From the NCBI RefSeq assembly GCF_900083515.1, contig NZ_LT671858.1, forward strand, positions 1,410,001-1,442,000: a stretch of 32,000 bases of DNA, in the 5' to 3' direction. The notes under the pieces were generated by a model that did no database searches, was not told the origin of the DNA, and was given only the letters and a program-made list of their open reading frames with translations. This DNA comes from Cuniculiplasma divulgatum (lineage in GTDB: Archaea > Thermoplasmatota > Thermoplasmata > Thermoplasmatales > Thermoplasmataceae). The translations under genes and the position numbers were made by a program. Positions 26,708 to 32,000 of the stretch are shown in pieces. The stretch's first letter is position 1. Every line of letters begins with the position of its first letter.

Positions 26708-27716
26708 ATGATATCGCCTCCTTTACCTTCCCACCTGTTATCTCATTGAGCTTTTCTATGGCATAACCATTCTTTATGCTCCTGTATGCCATTCTATATC
26801 CTTCATTCATGTCCCTTGAAATGCCATTCAGTATTAGACACGGGGCTGCATTGAGAGCTATGAATTTTGCTGCTGACTCGTTTTTGCCGTTCAGACCAGC
26901 AAGTGTTTTCACAAAAATCTCATTTTTGTTCTCACCTGTGACCTCGTCTTCATCTATTTTTCCCTCTGTTATTTCACTGGCTTCTATCTCCTTCCTCTTT
27001 ATGTTATTATCAACAAATGATAGAGTTGACTTTCCCTTGAATGAAATTTCATCCATTCCGTCGTTACCCATTACTATTATGCCCTTCCTGTTTTGCATTT
27101 TGATGACGTTTGAAAAAATATCAATTATCTGTGGTTCCGTGCAGCCTATTACTATTCTTCCAGGATTCAGGGGATTGGTCAGTGGCCCCATGAGATTAAA
27201 AATTGTTCTGTGACCTAACTTTTTTCGAACTGGAGAGAATTTTTTGAATGCATCATTATAAAATGAGGCGAGAAGAAACACGAAATTTTTTGATGCTAAA
27301 TCTGCCCTTATTTCATTTTCATTTCTTGTAAAATTATACCCTGCCCTTTCCATGAAATCTGCTCCTCCAGACTTTCCAGTTATGCTTCTGTTTCCATGTT
27401 TTCCCATGACTATTCCAAGTGAACTGCATACTATGGATGCTGCAGTGCTTACATTTATGGTTCCCTTCATGTCTCCCCCAGTTCCAACAATATCAGTGCA
27501 ACCTGAATATTCACCAACGGATGCAAGTTTTCTAAGTCCCTTAGAGAATCCAGATATCTCATTCAAATTTTCACCCCTAACATGGATTGCAGAAAGAAAT
27601 GCAGCCCTTTCTGAATCATTTATTTCTTCTCTGCAGAGATAGGCAGGTAACTCTTCCATCTCGCTTTCATCTATTTGACTTCCTTCTATTATCTTCATTA
27701 CGGTTTCAGATACCAT
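26697..27716 (-). CDS. trpD: Anthranilate phosphoribosyltransferase
   Basis: 339 aa with the DIVGTGGD motif, NVSTAA and HGNRS, typical of TrpD. Confidence 0.93.
   Translation of the reverse strand: MVSETVMKIIEGSQIDESEMEELPAYLCREEINDSERAAFLSAIHVRGENLNEISGFSKGLRKLASVGEYSGCTDIVGTGGDMKGTINVSTAASIVCSSLGIVMGKHGNRSITGKSGGADFMERAGYNFTRNENEIRADLASKNFVFLLASFYNDAFKKFSPVRKKLGHRTIFNLMGPLTNPLNPGRIVIGCTEPQIIDIFSNVIKMQNRKGIIVMGNDGMDEISFKGKSTLSFVDNNIKRKEIEASEITEGKIDEDEVTGENKNEIFVKTLAGLNGKNESAAKFIALNAAPCLILNGISRDMNEGYRMAYRSIKNGYAIEKLNEITGGKVKEAISSVF
26717..26722 (-). promoter_or_regulatory. Shine-Dalgarno-like AGGAGG inside the 3' end of trpD
   Basis: The minus-strand mRNA reads TAAAGGAGGCGATATCATCTGTTTTTTAAAATATGT. 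AGGAGG lies 9 nt upstream of the in-frame CTG of the extended trpF frame. A similar AGGTGA precedes cytochrome b in this window. Confidence 0.35.
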
Positions 27717-28440
27717 TGAGACCCTCCTCCAGCATATTTACTTTTGAGTCAAAACCAGCCATGTCCCCTGTTTCCATAAATGGAACAAGACTTGAACCAA
27801 CTGCTATACCGTCTGCACCAGATTTGCCAAGTTCACTGATCTCCTCTAAGCTGTTAATTCCGAATCCAAATATCAGCTCACGTCCAGGGCACAGTTCTTT
27901 AATTCTTTTTACCATAAGATCAATACTAACAGGAACTCTTATTCCAGTTGACGGCTGTAAACCGTGATAGATCCAGTCATTTGTCCTGGATGCAATGTCC
28001 CTGATTACCATATCAGGAGTGGAAGAGGTAAAAAATGGAATAAGTGAAAGACCAGAATAGTCCATTTTTTCGATTAGACTGTTCCTTTCCGGAAAGTAAT
28101 CAGTCAGCAGATCAGGGATTATGGCTCCACTGAATCCCATTGATTTCAGATTTCCAAGAAATTCCCTTTCCTTCCCTATGAAGTGATTGTAGTAAACAAG
28201 AGTGTAAACTTTTATTCCCTTTGATGTGGCAGTTTCTACTGTTTTTCTTAACATATCCTCAGAATAGTTTGCCTTAGCCCTGCTATGGGTCTTTCTGATC
28301 ACTGGGCCGTCATAATAAGGGTGGTCTGTTGGTATCCCCAGTTCCAGATAGTCATATCTGTGCTTGAGGGAACGGTCGAAGAATTTCTGAAATGTTTCCC
28401 TATCGGGATATGGAAATGTAAAATACAGTGCCAGTTTCAT
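27706..28440 (-). CDS. trpA: Tryptophan synthase alpha chain
   Basis: 244 aa. LELGIPTDHPYYDGPVIRKTH corresponds to the ELG.PfSDP.aDGP.Iq motif. It starts 1 nt after the trpB stop. Confidence 0.9.
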   Translation of the reverse strand: MKLALYFTFPYPDRETFQKFFDRSLKHRYDYLELGIPTDHPYYDGPVIRKTHSRAKANYSEDMLRKTVETATSKGIKVYTLVYYNHFIGKEREFLGNLKSMGFSGAIIPDLLTDYFPERNSLIEKMDYSGLSLIPFFTSSTPDMVIRDIASRTNDWIYHGLQPSTGIRVPVSIDLMVKRIKELCPGRELIFGFGINSLEEISELGKSGADGIAVGSSLVPFMETGDMAGFDSKVNMLEEGLNGI

Positions 28441-28441
28441 C

Positions 28442-29683
28442 CTAATCCCTTATTATGGAAAGATCGAGCAACCCATGTCCGCTGAGATTAAATACCACAG
28501 TTTTTCCTTGATTTTCAGGGTTCCTGCAGTAATCAATAACAGTTGCAATTGCGTGCGATGATTCTGGTGCTGGTACTATACCCTGGGTTCTTGCAAACAA
28601 TTCCATTGCCTGCATGCTTCTCTCTTCTGTAACCTCATCTGTCTTGATTCTCCCATTTTTTATCAGAAGTGATAAAGCAGGAGCTGCGCCGTGATATCTC
28701 AACCCTCCTGCATAGATGGATGGTGGAACAAAATCAGCTCCAAGTGACAGCATTTTTAATTCTGGCATTATACCTGCTGTGTCTATGAGATCATATTTGT
28801 AATCACCCTTACTGAACTTCGGAACCTCACTTGCAGCAGTTGCAATCATTTCTGTATCGCTTCCAACAAATGGAAATGTGAAGCCTGAAAAGTTACTTCC
28901 TCCACCAACACAGCCAATGAGTGTATCAACCTTTTCTCCTATTGCCTCCAGCTGCTTTTTTGTTTCCTGCCCGATCACACTCTGATGTGTTATTACGGAA
29001 TTTTCCACACTCCCCATCATATATTTCAGATCATGATCCAGAGCATACTGCACAGCCTCACTGATTGCAATACCCAGAGTTCCGGGATGTTCTGGATTTT
29101 CAGAAAGAACCTTCCTTCCGTATTCTGTCAGATTACTTGGACTTGCATATGTATTTCCACCATAGAGTTTTATGATCTTCTTTCTCAACGGTTTCTGATC
29201 ATAACTCACCCTTACCATGAAGATAGTAGATCTGATTCTGTTCAGGGTGGCTGCAAGGGCAGTGGCTGTTCCCCACTGACCTGCACCTGTTTCTGTCACA
29301 ACTTCCTCCACACCCTCCTTTCCTGCATAATAGGCCTGTGGGAGTGCGGTATTTATCTTGTGAGAACCTGTGGCAGTAGCTCCTTCATTTTTGAAGAATA
29401 TTTTCCCCCTGAAATTAAGCAACTTTTCCATGTTTAATGCCCTAACAAGAGGTGTGGGTCTTCCAATCTGTAAATACTGCTCTATAACCTCATCCGGTAT
29501 ATTCTCATATCTGCTTGACGTGAATTCCTGCCTGAGTATCTCCTTTGGCAGTATCCTGTTTAGAAGGTCTATTGATGATTTCTCAGTATCGTGATCTCTT
29601 GGCGGTGAAAGTGGTTCTGGAAGATCAGGGGCTATATTATACCATTTTCTTGGTATTATTTCCTCCTTTGCTATTTCGTACAT
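28442..29683 (-). CDS. trpB: Tryptophan synthase beta chain, TrpB2-type (long form)
   Basis: 413 aa. It has the TrpB2-type N-terminus ([19 protein letters not shown]), the PLP-lysine motif [25 protein letters not shown], and NLSGHG. Confidence 0.92.
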   Translation of the reverse strand: MYEIAKEEIIPRKWYNIAPDLPEPLSPPRDHDTEKSSIDLLNRILPKEILRQEFTSSRYENIPDEVIEQYLQIGRPTPLVRALNMEKLLNFRGKIFFKNEGATATGSHKINTALPQAYYAGKEGVEEVVTETGAGQWGTATALAATLNRIRSTIFMVRVSYDQKPLRKKIIKLYGGNTYASPSNLTEYGRKVLSENPEHPGTLGIAISEAVQYALDHDLKYMMGSVENSVITHQSVIGQETKKQLEAIGEKVDTLIGCVGGGSNFSGFTFPFVGSDTEMIATAASEVPKFSKGDYKYDLIDTAGIMPELKMLSLGADFVPPSIYAGGLRYHGAAPALSLLIKNGRIKTDEVTEERSMQAMELFARTQGIVPAPESSHAIATVIDYCRNPENQGKTVVFNLSGHGLLDLSIIRD

Positions 29684-29705
29684 AATACAGTAATGTAATG
29701 TTCAT

Positions 29706-29713
29706 ATTTATAC
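29706..29713 (-). promoter_or_regulatory. TATA-box-like element (TATAAATA) for the trp operon
   Basis: The minus-strand TGTATAAATATGAA is centred about 26-27 nt upstream of the trpB ATG (29683). This implies a leaderless or near-leaderless trp mRNA with no room for a leader peptide or attenuator. Confidence 0.35.
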
Positions 29714-29791
29714 ATTAATGCTTATAATTCGATATAATTAATATTATTCTGTGATATAAAATTTAAAAACCTTACTAATTTCTAATTCCGA

Positions 29792-30445
29792 TTAATCCTT
29801 TATACCTCTGTGTATGTACACAGAACCAGCTCCTAATCTGAAAGTCTCCACATTCCTGTATCCAGATTTCTTCATCATCTGTGAGAACTGAATTGGTGTG
29901 ACAAAATTTTTAACTGAATTTGCAAGGTATGTATATGCCTCTGTGTGGGACACCCTGTTCATTACTGGTGGCACTAACCTGTAAAAATATATTCTAAAAG
30001 CAGGTGCGATAAAGCTTTTTCCAGGATCGAATATATCCATGTTGCAGAATATACCTCCAGGCTTCAGTGTTCTGTAGGATTCGTCCAGATAATTCTGCAG
30101 GGTTGGAATATTTCTTGTAAGAAAACATGAAACACACCTATCAAACTTTTCATCCTCAAATGGTAATTTCTCTGCTGATGCAACAGTGAAATTTACATTT
30201 CTTTTTGGACCTGGAAACATTTCCTTTGTTAGGTCTACTGCATCTATCATAAGATCAGGTATTCTGCTCAGCATCTCCTCCGTGACCTTCCCCGATCCTG
30301 CACCGATATCCTCCACATGCATTCCAGGCCTGATGTCCAGAAGATCTATCACGAATTTTCTCCATCGCCTGTCCATACCAAAACTCATCAAAGAGTCGAT
30401 AAAATCATATTTCGTACTGATCGATTTGAATATCTCCCTGACCAT
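29792..30445 (-). CDS. UbiE/MenG-family class I SAM-dependent methyltransferase (demethylmenaquinone methyltransferase-like)
   Basis: 217 aa with YDFIDSLMSFGMDRRWRK (UbiE/COQ5 signature) and the SAM motif I VEDIGAGSGK. Confidence 0.78.
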   Translation of the reverse strand: MVREIFKSISTKYDFIDSLMSFGMDRRWRKFVIDLLDIRPGMHVEDIGAGSGKVTEEMLSRIPDLMIDAVDLTKEMFPGPKRNVNFTVASAEKLPFEDEKFDRCVSCFLTRNIPTLQNYLDESYRTLKPGGIFCNMDIFDPGKSFIAPAFRIYFYRLVPPVMNRVSHTEAYTYLANSVKNFVTPIQFSQMMKKSGYRNVETFRLGAGSVYIHRGIKD

Positions 30446-30464
30446 GACCTCCTTTTCCAGATCA

Positions 30465-30770
30465 TCACCTTATCATTTTAGCGAACTGTGCATGTGGTAC
30501 TCCTGAAATTGTGATTATGTTTCCCCTTTCAACAATCCTGCATTTTATTGCAAGTTCCACCGTGTTTTTACCCACAAAGTTTCCTATTGTGCACATGTTC
30601 ATGCTTTCGGCCAGAAATTTTTCTGTTACCTTTGTAGAACCGTAGAATGATTCCTTCACGTCAATGTGAAGAATGCCTTCCCTTAGCTCCTTTCCTATGA
30701 GATCCTCATCCGCTGCACTTAAAAGTATTTCATCCCTTATCTGTGTTAGTTTCGCCCTGTAAGCCTTCAA
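30465..30770 (-). CDS. DUF424-family archaeal protein
   Basis: 101 aa. LLSAADEDLIGKEL...FYGS...NFVGKNTVELAI...ISGVPHAQ matches my recollection of the DUF424 pattern. It starts 4 nt after the MCM stop. Confidence 0.55.
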   Translation of the reverse strand: MKAYRAKLTQIRDEILLSAADEDLIGKELREGILHIDVKESFYGSTKVTEKFLAESMNMCTIGNFVGKNTVELAIKCRIVERGNIITISGVPHAQFAKMIR

Positions 30771-30774
30771 TTTA

Positions 30775-32000
30775 TCACACCCTGTCTATATATCCAGGTC
30801 CTGGGCTGTAGAGATAGCCTGTTTCTCTTGCCCTCTCCAGTGATTTTGCAAACTTTTCCCTTGGGATACCTCTTTCCATTGCTGATCTCAGAATATCCTG
30901 TTCCTTTACAAGGCTTCCATCAGAACCCTTCAAATCAGCTATTATCTCATAAATTATTTCAAGATCTGATCTCTGCCTTGCACTGGTACCAGTCATCAGA
31001 AGATCTATGTCTACTCCTTCATCATCGCTTGCCACATCCTTGAGGTATGAATCCACTATTCTCTTCGCAAGCATAGCATCGTCGATTGAAACAAATTCGG
31101 ATAATCTTGCCTTTGCTGCCGCCTCAGCGAGCCTTATGGTTGACTCCAGCTGTCTTGCAGTTATAGGAACGGACTTGTATTTACCTATCTGGTGACCTGT
31201 GTTTCTTGTAAGAACATACTCCTGACTCAGATATTCCATTGCCTCGTCTGTAAGTCTTGGGATTATATGTCCCTTTGCGTAAGCGACATATTTTCTCAGC
31301 ATCTCCCTTGGAATTGGTGGTTCATATTTTCTTTCGTTATCACCAATGCTACCGTCCTCAACATTATTCATTTCCATACTCTTGAAAATTTCTCCAAGTC
31401 TGTGAACCTCCAGAACGTGATCTGCAAGGTTCTTGTCCCTTTCCTGATCAGGATTGTCTATAAGCTTGAAGATAACATCGAACCTTGAAATGAGTGGGAG
31501 TGGGAAATCTAACTGCTTCATGAAATCCTCCTCAGCATCAAATCTTCCATTTTTTGGATTTGCTGCTGCCAGAACAGAACACCTTGATTTAAGTGTTGCC
31601 ATGATTCCTGCTTTTGAGATAGTTACAGTTTGCTGTTCCATTGCTTCATGCATGGCGGAAGTATCTCTTTCATCCATCTTATCAAGTTCATCTATGGACA
31701 CGAATCCGTTATCAGCCAGAACAAGTGCTCCTGCCTCCAGTGTCCATCTACCTTCGCCAAATTCATCCCTCACTGCGGCGGCAGTCAGTCCGGCTGCACT
31801 GGAACCCTTTCCAATTGCCATAACACCTCTTGGTGATATTTCAGACATATACCTTAAAAGCTGTGATTTTGCAGTTCCTGGATCACCGACCATCAGTATG
31901 TGTATATCACCTCTTATTATTGTGCCGTCCTTCATGAATTTCCTGACCCCCCCAAACATCTGCAGAACTAGAGTTTTCTTAATATTATCAAGACCATAGA
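30775..32000 (-). CDS. mcm: MCM replicative helicase (C-terminal ~408 aa; N-terminus lies beyond the window edge)
   Basis: Walker A ILMVGDPGTAKSQ, Walker B SIDELDKM, and arginine finger SRFDVIF. The frame stays open upstream of the first Met to position 32000 (YGLDNIKKTLVLQMFGGV). Confidence 0.93.
   Translation of the reverse strand, partial: YGLDNIKKTLVLQMFGGVRKFMKDGTIIRGDIHILMVGDPGTAKSQLLRYMSEISPRGVMAIGKGSSAAGLTAAAVRDEFGEGRWTLEAGALVLADNGFVSIDELDKMDERDTSAMHEAMEQQTVTISKAGIMATLKSRCSVLAAANPKNGRFDAEEDFMKQLDFPLPLISRFDVIFKLIDNPDQERDKNLADHVLEVHRLGEIFKSMEMNNVEDGSIGDNERKYEPPIPREMLRKYVAYAKGHIIPRLTDEAMEYLSQEYVLTRNTGHQIGKYKSVPITARQLESTIRLAEAAAKARLSEFVSIDDAMLAKRIVDSYLKDVASDDEGVDIDLLMTGTSARQRSDLEIIYEIIADLKGSDGSLVKEQDILRSAMERGIPREKFAKSLERARETGYLYSPGPGYIDRV

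Noticed and set aside
26776-29594. Plus-strand ORFs inside trpD, trpA and trpB (26776-27213, 27352-27642, 27587-27967, 28985-29437, 29370-29594)
   Set aside because: They are antisense shadows of strongly supported trp genes and resemble no known family.
30828-31999. Plus-strand ORFs of up to 181 aa (e.g. 31454-31999)
   Set aside because: They are antisense to the MCM helicase, whose Walker A/B and arginine-finger motifs are unambiguous. They carry no motifs of their own.
1-32000. CRISPR arrays, tandem repeats, IS elements, rRNA genes
   Set aside because: Reading both strands, I saw no regularly spaced direct repeats, no transposase- or integrase-like ORFs and no rRNA-like sequence. The absence is by eye only and should be confirmed with repeat-finding software.

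Overview
AT-rich, densely packed archaeal chromosome, probably from a Thermoplasmatales-like (cell-wall-less acidophile) lineage. The archaeal call rests on RpoN/Rpo10, eL18, MCM, DUF424, a TrpB2-type tryptophan synthase, archaeal-type TATA boxes about 26 nt upstream of start codons, and GGTGA/AGGAGG Shine-Dalgarno motifs inside operons. Most of the window is core metabolism and information processing. In order: pdxS; a Rieske/cytochrome b operon with a coupled crotonase-fold gene; MazG; a sulfur-handling cluster (class V aminotransferase, MBL persulfide-dioxygenase-like, double rhodanese); a heme-oxygenase-like di-iron protein overlapping a small Cys-rich protein; an aldo/keto reductase; a DedA-like protein; an aquaporin; the rpl18e-rpl13-rps9-rpoN-tRNA-Pro cluster preceded by pyk, an FKBP and a TrmJ-like gene; a tightly overlapping trpB2-A-D-F-E-G-C operon ending in a DAHP synthase; and a UbiE-like methyltransferase, DUF424 and a partial MCM. 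The one clearly accessory stretch is a ~2 kb islet between the aquaporin and tRNA-Pro. It carries two orphan small ORFs and a two-gene module I read as a DUF4065/Panacea-type antitoxin followed by a PIN-domain toxin, which is the best candidate here for an uncharacterised system. A second sequence-verified oddity is that the conserved N-terminus of trpF has no ATG/GTG/TTG start. It lies in the +1 frame relative to trpD, across a U6A4 run at the trpD stop, and is preceded by AGGAGG plus a CTG. I saw no CRISPR arrays, rRNA genes, transposases or integrases.
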